Shown here piece after piece: positions 1-14,113 of a stretch of DNA of 64,000 nucleotides. The DNA is taken from the NCBI RefSeq assembly GCF_009914755.1, contig NC_060933.1; one strand, 5' to 3'. The DNA comes from the human T2T-CHM13v2.0 reference genome, Homo sapiens. The notes beneath the pieces are model-generated. The model worked only from the letters and a program-made list of their open reading frames with translations, made no database searches and had not been told where the DNA came from. The position numbers were made by a program, and so were the translations under genes. Every line of letters starts with the position of its first letter. Position 1 is the stretch's first letter.

Positions 1-360
1 CTGATTTATACGCCATTAATGCCAATAATTTCCAGCAGGAGACTGTGGTATGAGTCCTCACAAATGATAGCGTTTTTCCTTCACACCTCCAGGGAAGCTT
101 TCATTTTCTAACATTATCAATTAAGCACTAATACTCTGTTCTCATTGCTTTGTGTGTGTGCCTAAGAAATTGACATGGCATCATTGCTCAATGCACACAT
201 ACTGTTTATAAGGCTCACATCCTTGCCACTTAACCATGGAGTCCAACAATTTATTATCTGTTTCATTTAGGACAATTAATGGTATTGCTGGCAACCATTT
301 TGCAGCTATAATTTGGCAGTTCTTATTAGGTCATGCCCAGTAGCCTCATGGAAATAATAG

Positions 361-480
361 GAAGAGAAGAAGGCAGGAAGGAAGGAAGGAAGGAAGGAAG
401 GAAGGAAGGAAGGAAGGAAGGAAAGAAGGGAGTGAGGGAGGGAGGGAGGGAGGGACGGGAAGGGGGTGAGGGGGAGGGGA
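361..480. repeat. (GGAA)n microsatellite and purine-rich tract
   Basis: 12 consecutive GGAA units at 376-423, followed by GGGA/GGGGA-rich sequence. Confidence 0.95.
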
Positions 481-709
481 ACAGCTTTTATTTTGTAGTT
501 GCTTTATTCAGGTCTCTTTCCGGTAGAAGACACAGGTCAATATAGATCAAGCTGCTATTTAATATGCTGCCCCTATAGTGCTGTCAAGGATCTAGTAAGA
601 TTAGAATATTAGAATATTTTCTAACATTCTAAATTATAAATAATGCTTCTATTTTTCTATTATCATTTGCCTTCTCTTGGAAATCAGGTTTCCTACTGCA
701 ACAGACAAA

Positions 710-835
710 ACTCTAGGATATGAGCTACAGGGGCTATGGCTTGTAGTCCTAACTCTGCCTCTAATATGTTATGGGATTTTTGTCAAGTTACTCTGAACCT
801 TGGTTTCTGCATGTAAGAAATAATGGAAATGTATA
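710..835 (+). mobile_element. MIR SINE fragment
   Basis: Degenerate MIR core 'agtcctaactctgcctctaa...caagttactctgaaccttggtttc'. Confidence 0.55.
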
Positions 836-1044
836 AGCTCCATTCAGCTCTAAAATTCTGATTTTCTGTTGAACTAAATCCAAATGAAATTCAGTATCTT
901 TTTTATGTAATATTTTTTCATGTCACTACTTTGGCATTACTACTTTTATTGCTTTTTAACAGCCTGGAAATAACTCATATTAACTGTTAACAGCAAAGTA
1001 GAAATGAAATTGGGAACAGGAATAATGATAAAACTGTCAGCCAG

Positions 1045-1272
1045 TGAGCAATTAGTATGTGCCTAACACCATGTTGAGTGCTTTACATATTTTATCTAAT
1101 CCTTGGGACAAATCTCTGATAGGATTATTACCTCCATTTTACAGATGAGAAAATGGAGGCTTAGAATAACTGGATAACCTTGCAAAGTCATATTCCTAAG
1201 CTAGTTAGCAGCAAAGTTCAAATGTGAATCTGTGTCACTGGACTCCAAAGACTGTAATTTTAAGCATTAGGC
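1045..1272 (-). mobile_element. MIR SINE
   Basis: 'ccattttacagatgagaaaatggaggcttaga...cttgcaaagtcat' is the MIR core in reverse orientation. Confidence 0.75.
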
Positions 1273-1647
1273 TTTTACATCACCCCTAACTTGTGGATGG
1301 CCAATCAAGCCCAACATTGTTAGACTGTAGGGTGACCCAAAGGGGCAATGTGGACTACAATTCACACCTCACACTTCCCTCCTTCACCCTTTTTATAGGC
1401 TATGAGTAGGAGATCAGATGGCTTGTAGGTGTGGGTTCACTCCCTTCTGCTTTTAAATTTTACACTCCCCAGGATCTCTGTTTGTTAGCATTCTCCCATG
1501 GCTTGCTTGAACAATCAGGGGGGGATACACTTGCACTACTGCATCCCCAAATATTCCCCTTTACTAGTAAACACTGCTGGAAAAAAATGGCCTACTTTCT
1601 ACCACCACCTGCCACCCATTTTAAGAGAAATTGTTGTAAAATTAATA

Positions 1648-1990
1648 CAGTCATCCCTCGGCATCCATGAGGAATTGGTTCCAGGACCTCTCTCAAATAC
1701 CAAAATTCATGGATACTCAAGTCCCTGATATAAAATGGTGTCGTATTTGCATATAACCTATGTACATCCTCCTGTATACTTTAAATCATCTCTAGATTAC
1801 TTATAATAGCTAATACAATGCAAATGCCATGTAAATAGTTGTTACACTCTATTGTTTAGGGAATAATAACAAGAAAAAAGTCTGAATGCTTTCCGTACAG
1901 ATGCAATCATTCTTTTTTTTTCTGAATATTTTTGAGCTGCATTTGGTGGGATTCACAGATGCGGAACCTATGGATACAGAGGGCCGGCTA
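1648..1990 (+). mobile_element. MER2 (TcMar-Tigger non-autonomous DNA transposon)
   Basis: Begins ta|cagtcatccctcggcatccatg and ends catggatacagagggccggcta-like inverted end; internal 'tttaaatcatctctagattacttataat' typical of MER2. Confidence 0.85.
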
Positions 1991-2227
1991 CATGACACAT
2001 AAAAATTCAAGACTGAGCAAAAGAGTCAAAGCAAAAAGTTCCCTAGAATTTCACAGTTAGATGAGCATTAGAAATCATTTTTAGTTCCTAGATGATAAAA
2101 AACTAGAGAGAGCTACCTAGTTTATAAAAGTCACCCATCTACTCAATGTGATAGGAATGAGATTGGCACCCAGTTTCTTGACTCTCCTGGTGTGATGCTT
2201 TTCCTACTGCCAGGAAGTTCTGATTAC

Positions 2228-2491
2228 AGAAGACAGACACACGAAGGGAGAACCCCTGTGACAATGGAGGCAGGGATGGAAGGAGGCCAATTGCAACTGC
2301 CAGCCAAGGGATGCCAAGGAGCACCAGTAAACACCAGAAGCTGGGAAGAGGCAAGAAAGACTCTCCTTCGGGATTCAGAAAGAGTATGGTCTTGTGACAC
2401 CTTGATGTAAGCCTCCAGAACACTGAGAAAATAAATGTTAAACCAACTGCTTTGTGACACTTTGTTGTGGGAGCCCTAGGAAACGAATACA
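2228..2491 (+). mobile_element. MLT1 (MaLR) LTR, 3' part
   Basis: 'caccagaagctgggaagaggcaag' and terminal 'gccctaggaaacgaataca'. Confidence 0.8.
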
Positions 2492-2582
2492 GAGAGCTAA
2501 AGGGAAGAACAAGTTCCTGGGCTGGGGGATAGGGAGACACAAAGGGGCAGATGGAGAAAAGTGCCAAAAAAAAGTAGTTAGA

Positions 2583-3273
2583 TTGTTTCCGTATCTTGAC
2601 TATTGTGAATATTGCTGCAATGCACATGGGGACACAGGCACACTGATAAGAAAATGTGATATATATATACATATCATATGTATATATATATATATATATA
2701 TACATATCATATGTGTATATATATCATATATATACCACATTTATATATATTTGTATATATATTATATAATGAAATATTATTCAGCCTTAAAAAGGGGGTT
2801 CTACCATTTGCCACAACATGAATGGACATGGAAGGCCTTCAGCTAATGAAATAAACCAGACACAGAAAAAAAAATTGCATGATCTCACTTATATGTGAAA
2901 TCTTTTTAAAAAAAGGTTCAAATAGAGAATAAAAAAGTGGTAATCAGGGGCAGAGCGTGTGGTGAGGAATAAATGGGGAGATGTAGGTCAGAGGATACAA
3001 AGTAGCAGATATGTAGGGTGAAGGAGTCTAGAGATCTAATATAGAACACACAGACTACTTAATAAATTGTATTGTGTTAGGGATTTTTGTTAAATAGATT
3101 TCAGCTGCTCTTGCCAAAAAACAAAAAGTAACTATGTGAGATGATAGCTATGTTAATCTGCTTCACTATAGTAACTATGTTACTATCTACATGTATCATA
3201 TATAACATTCCTTCATAAACCTCAAATATACATAATACAATTTATTTCTTAAATAAAAAAAATGTTTTAAAAC
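2583..3273 (+). mobile_element. L1MA7-like 3' fragment with 5' inversion
   Basis: Antisense ORF2-end piece 2583-2640, then sense 3' end with (TA)n expansion; TSD aaagtagYtaga at 2571-2582 and 3274-3285. Confidence 0.8.
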
Positions 3274-4764
3274 AAAGTAGCTAGAATTCCAGAGGCAGTT
3301 GTGTTCTACCTCACAGTCGGCGCTCTACAGTGTGGGGCCCCTTCTTTAGTCCCAAGAGAAGACCAGCTTTCAGATGAGCACCTGCTGCTACTGGCTGCCC
3401 CCAGCTTTCTGGGGAGCTATTAGATGGGGAGAAACTCAGAAGTGCCTCTAGGGTCTCATACTAAACTTGACCAGAATTAATACCAAGGAGTTAATCATTC
3501 TTTGCACCTTAAGAATTTAGAAGAAGAAACCTCTATTTACTTGAGAAAGCTCCCAAGAGCATGTGATAGTTGCAAGCTTGACAACTCTGATTCCCAAGTC
3601 ATCCCTGGTAATCCTTTCTGGTTTTTTGATTGCTTATTTCTTCTCAGATAACCCGCGATAGTGAAAAAAAATAGGGTGACTTTTCTACCCATTTTATCTG
3701 TAAAACATCCCTTCCCAAGTGACAGGAAAATATATCATAGATGCAAACTAAATTAGAACTATATTAGAACTAGAGGTTAGGCTCCACTAAAGAGAATATG
3801 TAGGGAATGTGCAGATGCTGGTGAGGAGGGGCACAGGGTGGGCACAGGGCTGGCACAGCTCTGGGATGGGGTTGGGGGATACTTTCTGGTACTGGTTTAC
3901 ACTTGGTCTTTCAGTAGCACTTGAGAAAAAAATGCTTGATTAACCTATAGGCTGCCCCTTTTTCTTGGAAGAGCACCAACGCAGAGAATTCCCTGAGAGG
4001 CTTCAGTGCCAGACTGTGCACTCCATAGTTGCTGTAGGAAGTGGGAGCAACTCTGAGCAGAACCTCCTCATGAGCTTGTTTCTGTTGCTATTAAAGGACT
4101 GCCCAATTCTTCCAGCCTCCCCACTTCCCCACCCCCACTCCCCAACCCCCAACCAGAGCAGGTGCCAGAGAAGTTAACTAGAATGGCAGCATCAGCTGAG
4201 ACTGCCCTACCCACTTCAGAGCCTGATTCAGTGGTCAGCATAGGTTTCTGGGGCTTTTGACCATCTCCCCACTGACTGAAGTGAACTGTGAGCAGTACAA
4301 GAACAAGATGGTCAGGTTTATCTTGTCTCCCTTCCACCCTTCCACAAACCAGAAATAGGCTTCAATAACTGTAGCTGTGTGAAAGCCACAACAATCCCAC
4401 CCAGGCAGGCCATGACTGTGGAGAAGCTGCTTCCAGAACCATTCCACCCACCTCCATCTCCCTTCTGGCTACTCCTTCAGCTCTAAGCTGGGCAACCATC
4501 CTCTTTCTTATGCCTTCCAGTTTAGCTCTGACCTTTCAGAGCCCCCTCTCCAGGTTGCCGTAACCTAAAGAATCTTTCCTCCAAAAGAATGCCTCCCTAT
4601 CCCAATCCTCATCAAAAAGCATTCCCTATGGCAGCCCTCAATCAATACTTAGGAAGAAAAAGGGACATAGATAAATAGAAATGAAGAATTGTATGTGCTT
4701 TCTAATAAGCTTTGTATAATTATACTTCCTGGAATATTCATGTCTTAGAACACTAGTAACTTTT

Positions 4765-5145
4765 TGTAGTGGATTGAATGGTGACCTCTAAAAGAAATGT
4801 TCGTATGCTAACCCCTAGAACATGTGAATGTGACCTACTTAGAAAAAGAGTCTTTGCAGATATAATTAAGAACCTTGAGATAAGATCATCCTGATTATCC
4901 AGGTGGGCCCTAAATCCAATGATAATTGTCCTTACAGCAGCCAGAAGAAGGGAAAACACAGACACAGCAGCAGAGGTTGGAGTTATGCAGCCACCAGAAG
5001 CTGGAAGAGGCAAGGAGGGATGAGAGCCCTGCTAATACTTTGGTTTTGGACTTCCGGCCTTCAGAACTCTGAGAAAATAAAGTTATGTTGCTTTAAGCCA
5101 CAAAATTTATGGTAATTTGTTATGACACCCCTAGGAAAAAATACT
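4765..5145 (+). mobile_element. MLT1B/C-like MaLR solo LTR
   Basis: Starts tgtagtggattgaatggtgacc; 'ccaggtgggccctaaatccaatga'; ends ccctaggaaaaaatac. Confidence 0.85.
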
Positions 5146-5199
5146 CTTGTTAAAGTTGCACAGCCATGCAACTACCTCTCTGAATGTAAACATACACAG

Positions 5200-5508
5200 T
5201 TTTTTGCATTACTTTTCTTGCAATTTTCTGTGCAAATATAAACATACATATGCCTTGCTTTTCCTTTTGTTTAATGCAAATGAAATACTATTTTGTTTTC
5301 CCACTTATTTTTTCCATTTAAGATGTCATGGACATACTGCACATTGGCCACAAAAATATTAACTCCTCCCTGGAACAGGACATTTAGTTTGTTTCTGTTA
5401 TTTTGCAGTTTTGAATAATGGAACAATGACAGCAGTATACATATATCTTCATGTACTTGGCAAGCACAGTATGTCTGTGGGATAAATTCTCAGAAATGGA
5501 ACCTGTAG
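5200..5508 (-). mobile_element. Old L1ME-like fragment, interrupted by the L1PA4 and resuming at ~7481
   Basis: 'gggataaattctcagaaatggaacctgtag|gtcaaagggcatgtg' resembles antisense L1M sequence when the two flanks are joined. Confidence 0.55.
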
Positions 5509-7463
<1,955 letters not shown>

Positions 7464-10097
7464 AGAAATGGAACCTGTAGGTCAAAGGGCATGTGTTACC
7501 TAATTCTCTTCCAAATGAATTGTTCCCAGTGTCACTGTCACAGGGTTTGAGAGGACCTCAACAGATGACATCCACAATTTTAATCATTACTGGCCTATAT
7601 TTTTCATATTCCTCAGATATCATTGGGTGGGGATGGAAAGAGAAATTTCTATGCCTGAATTTATAACCTAAACCCAACATAAATATTCTAATTAATGTTA
7701 TTTCCCTAACCTAAGGGAAAATTTCCTCCTCAGATGGATTGTATTGTAGCTTTGTTCCCTCAGCCCTGATATGTACTACTGGGTTAATTCCAGCCATCCC
7801 TCATCACCTTTCAGGGGATTCTCACTCTAACCTGAAAAATATTTTGACTTTTGAAATCCTGGCTTGATGAGGTGAGTGAATTTCATGCGCTCCATCAATC
7901 TTATGCCAAATAAATTTGTCTATAGCATGAGGTAGCTTAAGTCTCTGTTCCAGTTGACTCAGATTTTATTTGGTGATTACTTGACATTAATTGACAACAT
8001 TCCAGGAATTAAGAATACAAACTTGATACCCTCAACCAGAGTGCTTGTCTGAGCAGGCTACCGTATTTTTTTGGGATAACTCACCCTTATTAACCCCAAT
8101 TTTGTATGCCTGTGCATTGTCTCAGTTGTGTGGGAGATCCAGGTCCTTATCTTCTTTGGCTAATTCCTCTTCAGGAAAATCACATGGAGAAAGTGTTTTG
8201 GAAGGATCCACATGACCCTCTTCTCCAAGTTTATTCAATGTCTATTTGCAGAGTTCTGTCAGTGATATTCAAGGTGGCGGATTTGCTGTTCTCCAAATCC
8301 ACTATTCTCATCGCATCCTTGCCAGGAGCATGGTGGCCTGTGATCCCACCAGCCTCCCATGCTCTGAGGTGGTTTTCTCTCTGCATGGCTGCTCTGAGGC
8401 ACCATCACCAGCTGGCTGCCTGTCAGCAGCGTGAGATGTAAATGTTCTTGTGCCTCCAGCCCTCCTTTACCACTTCTTGACATTTTGCTGTAATCTGGAA
8501 AGGAAAGTGGAAGATGCTCTGTGCTTCCCACCTCTATTCCCCATGGTGGGGGAGCAAGAGAGGCAGAGATTGTAGCTTGGAATTGATTTCAAATTATTTC
8601 TAAAAACAAGAATTTTATATTATGTGCAATTTACCACAGGAAAAAGAAAAACAAACAACAACAAAAATTAAGACCTGGAAGCACTCCATTATCTTCCTTT
8701 CAAAAAAGCTACCCAAATAAAGCATTTTTAATATAAACAGTGTCTCTCTCCTCTCTGAATTATTCTGTGTCTCAATAGAGAAACACACAGGCAATGTGCC
8801 TTTTCTTGGCATGAATGCCCTGATTTCCAGGGTGCTGATAAACCATTCAGTGTCATACTACAGTGCCGGGGTCATTAAGCATATCTCCTTGTATGTCTCA
8901 CTCAGGCAGCACATGATTCAATGAGGAATTCAGAGCTTCTGAAACTTTTGTTTCCACCTCAACTTCCACTGTACCTTGTGTGATTGGAGTACATATACTC
9001 AGGGGAGAGACATGATGAACAAAAGTGCATTGCCAATACCTTTCATTCTTTTTAGCCTCTCAGCCTAGCTACTTGCTCTTTGGGGCTCCAGGGAGGACTG
9101 CCTGCATCTCCAGTTCCACCTTCCCAGCAGTTGCGCTGCACCTTACAACTGACCAAATGAGCAAATGGATACGAAACAGTGGACACCATGCTTTTCATGC
9201 CATAGCCCAGGTCTGAACAGGGACCTGAAAAAAGGTGGAAATAAGTGAGAGGTGAGGCAGAATGCCACAAACTGGCTGGGGGTCAAAGTTGGAAGCAAAA
9301 ATAACCATGGTGAAGGATTTCGATCCCAACAATGTGGCCTCATTACCGTGCTTCTCACATGCTGTACTAGAGATGCATTAGCAGCGAATTGCCATTCAGT
9401 CAAGTCTGCCAGTGTCTGGAAATCATTTTAAATACCATTTAGTAGCATTTAGATTATTTTATGATAACACAGTACCCACTGAAAGGATTATTAAGCTCAT
9501 ATTTGCAGTGGCCAGAGAAAAAAATAAAACAACTCTTCGAAAGATGACTCCCACCATTGCCCCCTCAGCAATTATTCATTTAGAAGCCTCTCTGCCTACA
9601 TTAGAGCCTGATATAAATTGGCATATGCTAATGCAGGGCTCTACTGTGGGTTTCTCCTTTAGGAGTTCAGGCTCTCATTACCTACCAATTGATGCACAGG
9701 ATCCCAGACCCCGTTTCCTCTAGTTCGATGTCGCTGTTACACTGTTAGCTCTGAGCCAAAGTAATTTCTTTTCCTTTCCATATACCTATTGCTCCTTTGG
9801 TAATGGGTTTCCAGAGCAATATTGCAAATAATAACCCAATGGTCAGAGCTTGCTTGCTTGCCTCCAAAAATAATACCTCATTAGGCAGCAGATCTTGGCT
9901 TTTCACCGTGGAGCAGGAGATTTACAAAAAGCATCATTTCTCATGGCCCACAGAAGCCTGTAACTCACTTAAAGAAAATAGTGTTGCCAAGTTAAACTGG
10001 TGAGCTTCTCAGCAGGTACCTGAAAGCTGAATAACTAACATTTTAATTACACAATCATGTTGTTAAAACAAATTTTCAAGTAGCGTACTTCAAGTGT

Positions 10098-10391
10098 AGT
10101 GGTGTGCTAGAGTTAGTTGATTTGTCCTGGCTAGGGAGAGCCAATGGTGTACATCTCTTCCCCACTCCAGGTTCAACGACCTGATGTCAGCTTGGGAGGC
10201 TGAAATTGGCCATAACAATTGGGAAACACTACAAATCAGAATTCCCCTCCTTTCTTCCTTTCTTCCTTCCTTCCTTTCCTTCCTTCTTTTCCTTTCCTTT
10301 CCTTCCCTCCCTCCCTCTCCCACCCCTCTCCCACCCCTCTCCTTTTTTCTTTCACAGAACTTATTATTAAACATTCACCATATCCCACCAC
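10098..10391 (+). mobile_element. MER63A-like hAT DNA transposon containing a (CCTT)n/(CCCT)n microsatellite
   Basis: Starts 'agtggtgtgctagag'; 'gtacatctcttccccactcc', 'ctgaaattggccat', 'ctacaaatcag'; end 'ttaaacattcacca'; pyrimidine repeat at ~10245-10350. Confidence 0.7.
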
Positions 10392-10811
10392 CTCAGTGAA
10401 CTCTCCAGAGTGAGACAGTTCCCCAGACACCACTGGGTAACAAGACCTCATTCATTGCTGGAGGCTGACCATGAAAGTAGTCTGGCTGTTCCCTGGGTAG
10501 CACCAACTCTGACCCCAGGCTCATTATTTCTATGCAACTCATTCAGTTCAGTTTCTACACCTTCAGCTTCTGACATATTCCCCTAGATCACAACCAAGGG
10601 GCTTTAACAATGAAAGTACCATGAGCCTGATTATGCTCAGTTTTGAAAAAGAAAAAAAATTCTTCTTTTCAGGAATCTAGTTATGAAAGATATTAAGAGG
10701 TTGTGTGTACAGTTGAGGGTTTTGAGAGCTACAGGAGATTGGGAAAGGATTGCTTCTGTTATTACATCTGTAGTTTTTCTGCAAAAGACAGGGCAAGTCT
10801 CAAGGTCTGTT

Positions 10812-11118
<307 letters not shown>

Positions 11119-13011
11119 CAAGGTCTGTTTTGAATTATTTTAGCTTAAGGCTTTAATTATTAATGAATAAAAATTTCATTATGCAAACTCTTATCAGTAC
11201 TTACATTCTAATATGAAGGATAAAGGTTTTGATGGGGGATGTAAGATCTAGAGGAAAGAGAGTCAAGAGAATGATGCTTCCAAATAGAAATGTTCTCAAT
11301 TGTTCATTATTTCTAGGACTAGCCTAGACTATAATAGCGTTGTTTGACTAACATTTTAATTACATAAGCATGCTGTTCAAAATACTTAAGTAGCATGAAG
11401 AGTACAAAATGGAAAGTAAATTTTCTTTCTACTCATTCAGTTCACCATCTCACTGTTACAGCTAGTAAATGGCAAAATTTTATTGTATTAATATATGTTT
11501 CCAATTTACAATAGTGTATTTGAATGCTAACTATGCTATTGTATTTGATTATTAAATATTCAGTATGAGCCCATAATAGTTTCCAAAATTTTTTCAAATA
11601 TGCTTTTGCTCAGACATACAGACATCAAACAATGCTCATTAGTATTAAAAACCTGACTTGTTCACTACATTAATTTTTTTTAAACCTGTGTTTTTACTGC
11701 TTTCCCTTTGGAATTTTTTTTCCCTCCAATTTAACCTGAATATAGTCGAGCAAATGCATGGAAAGTGAGAGTCCAGAGTTGATTTAACTTCTATTGGCAG
11801 GATTTTCTGCCCAGAAAGATCCATGCTCCCTGCAAATTGCACACTGCTTATCTCCCATGTCCTCCTTCATCAGAGCTCACTGGATGCATAAAACCAGATG
11901 ACACTGTTGCTCCTCCCTCTCAGAGAAACTCTTTGTTAGAGTCAAGTCCATCAAAAATCTCCTAATATGTTCATAATGGCAGCCTTTGAACATCTCCTCT
12001 CCAGCAACACCAAGGACCCAGATTTGGTCCTTGATATTGCTGTTGTTCTTTATATTGCTGGTGTTCTCAAATAGCCCATCCTCCCCATTCTCCACTGTTT
12101 CATTTATTGGACCACATGGCCCGTATTTCCAGTGCACCTGCTCAGGGCTGCTCACCCCCGTCTCCTGGGACCCTGAGGCTCGAGATTCATTGCATAGCAC
12201 AGGACTCACCTTGAGCCCCCAGCCTCCAAGCCCTAATGTGTTTGTGTTTGCCTATTATGGATTTCTGACTAAGGAGCAAAGGGTAGAATCCTGATCTTGT
12301 TATAGTGGCCTTTGCTGTGTCACTTCCTTAACCACTGGCCTCTGACAGTTCCCTTGTCAAGAGAAGTGGATGTGCCCAACCGAGTTTTTTGATAAACACT
12401 ACTCTGGCTGTGGGGTCTCCCCTCACAGGTTTTGTTTTTATCGTCACAGTCTGAGTCTTGTCTCAGCCTCATGTATCTATTTCTAGGTCACTAACCTTTG
12501 CTCCTCTGTTGCCTCTTTTTGGTGTGCCTCTTAGTTTCTTGTACCACTTAGTTCCCAAAGCCTAGGAAATACTAAGCTATTTGAGAAAATTATTATGCTT
12601 TTCTTTTTGTTCCTGCCCGTGAGAACCTTCTCCCAGAGCATCTGGAACAGCTGAAGAAGACACTCACTGGTGTTGCAGTTATATGCATGAGCCTTGTCTT
12701 GAGCCACACTTACAAGAGGTTATTTGAGTTTTTGACACACAGGCCCCTACACATATTCCCATCTATGCTCTTCCCTAGAATGATGTTGCAAGGAAATGAC
12801 CACCTTCCTAAATAGAATACAACTCAGATACTTCAAAGGTGGCTGTGAAGATTATATTTTCCATGTGGAAATGGCAGCTGGACCATATATATCTGGCTCT
12901 TGCCTGAATTCTGTGCAGAGCTTTATCCTTTCTCCCCGCTCTTCCCCTCATGCTAGTCTGAGGATTGGAAGTTAGAGACAGACATTAGTTCATTCTGGTC
13001 CCAAATGTGGA

Positions 13012-13100
13012 CATTAATTAATTCATTAATAAATATTTATTGAGCACCTACTATATGCCAGACATTGTTCTAAACCCTGATGATACTGGGGAAGATTCTT
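13012..13100 (-). mobile_element. L2 3'-end fragment
   Basis: 'ttcattaataaatatttattgagcacctactatatgccagacattgttcta'. Confidence 0.7.
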
Positions 13101-14113
13101 GATCCTCTTCAGCTTTTCTATAGTACAGCTAAAACAAGAATGGAATGTTTACATAAGAATAGATATTAACAATAGGAACGTAAACAGAAGCCAAGAAATC
13201 TAAATGATATGGTTTTCAAGATACACTTGATCTCTGGGGCTCATATATCAGGCCTCATGTGAAATCTCAGCCTCAAAATTAGACTCACCACTCAAGAAAT
13301 AATTTGTGTAAATCTGCTCTCAAAGTATAGATCCAACTGGTCAAATCTCAAAGAGAGATAATATTTCCTCTCTCTACCATGAAAGCCTGTCTTGTTCCAC
13401 AGGAGGCAAAAATTATATAAAATTAACATCTATTATTTGGATGTTCTAGAGCTGGCCTTTCTTTTTTCCTACTTGATTTTAGCAAGATCAAAACAGATGT
13501 GTTGGAGGCTGGCCAAGATGGCTGACTAGAAGCAGCTAGTGTGCACTGCTCTCATGGAGAGAAATGGAAGGAGTGAGTAAGTACAACACCTTCAGCTGAA
13601 ACATCCAGGTACATGCACTGGCATTCATCAAGAAAACAACCCAACCCACAGAGAATGGAGAAAAGCAAGGCAGGACGACCACCTACCTGGGAGCAACATG
13701 GATCTAGAGGAGCGTCCCCTACCCAGGGAAGCGGTGAGTGAGTGAGCGATCCGGGGACCCATGCTTCTCCCACAGATCTTTGCAACCCCAGGTCAGGAGA
13801 TCCCCTCGTGAATCCACTCCACCAGGACCTTCAGTCTGACATGTAGAGATATGTAGAGTCTTGGAAGAGAGGCCTCTTAGGTTCACATGGAACCACAGGA
13901 GCTTTAGATACCTGGGCTTCCCAGGAAAAGTGGCTGCAACTCTGGCAAATCAGGAGGTTGGACCCCCATACATACTCCTAGGAAAGGGGCTGAATCCAGG
14001 GGCTGAGCAGCCACAGGCGGTAGGCCGCACTTCCATGGCATCTCACAGGATAAGATCCACTGGCTTAGAACTCTGGCCAGCCACAGGTAGCAGCTTTACC
14101 TCCGCCTGAGATG

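Noticed and set aside
333-545. 70-aa ORF with GRKE repeats (and similar ORFs at 10090-10451, 2139-2846)
   Set aside because: Translations of microsatellites and of MLT1/L1 sequence
11877-12294. Overlapping 110-aa and 102-aa ORFs as a gene or pseudogene
   Set aside because: Non-ATG starts and no recognisable protein similarity; the NTSNIK/NNSNIK repeat reflects a simple 18-bp tandem duplication
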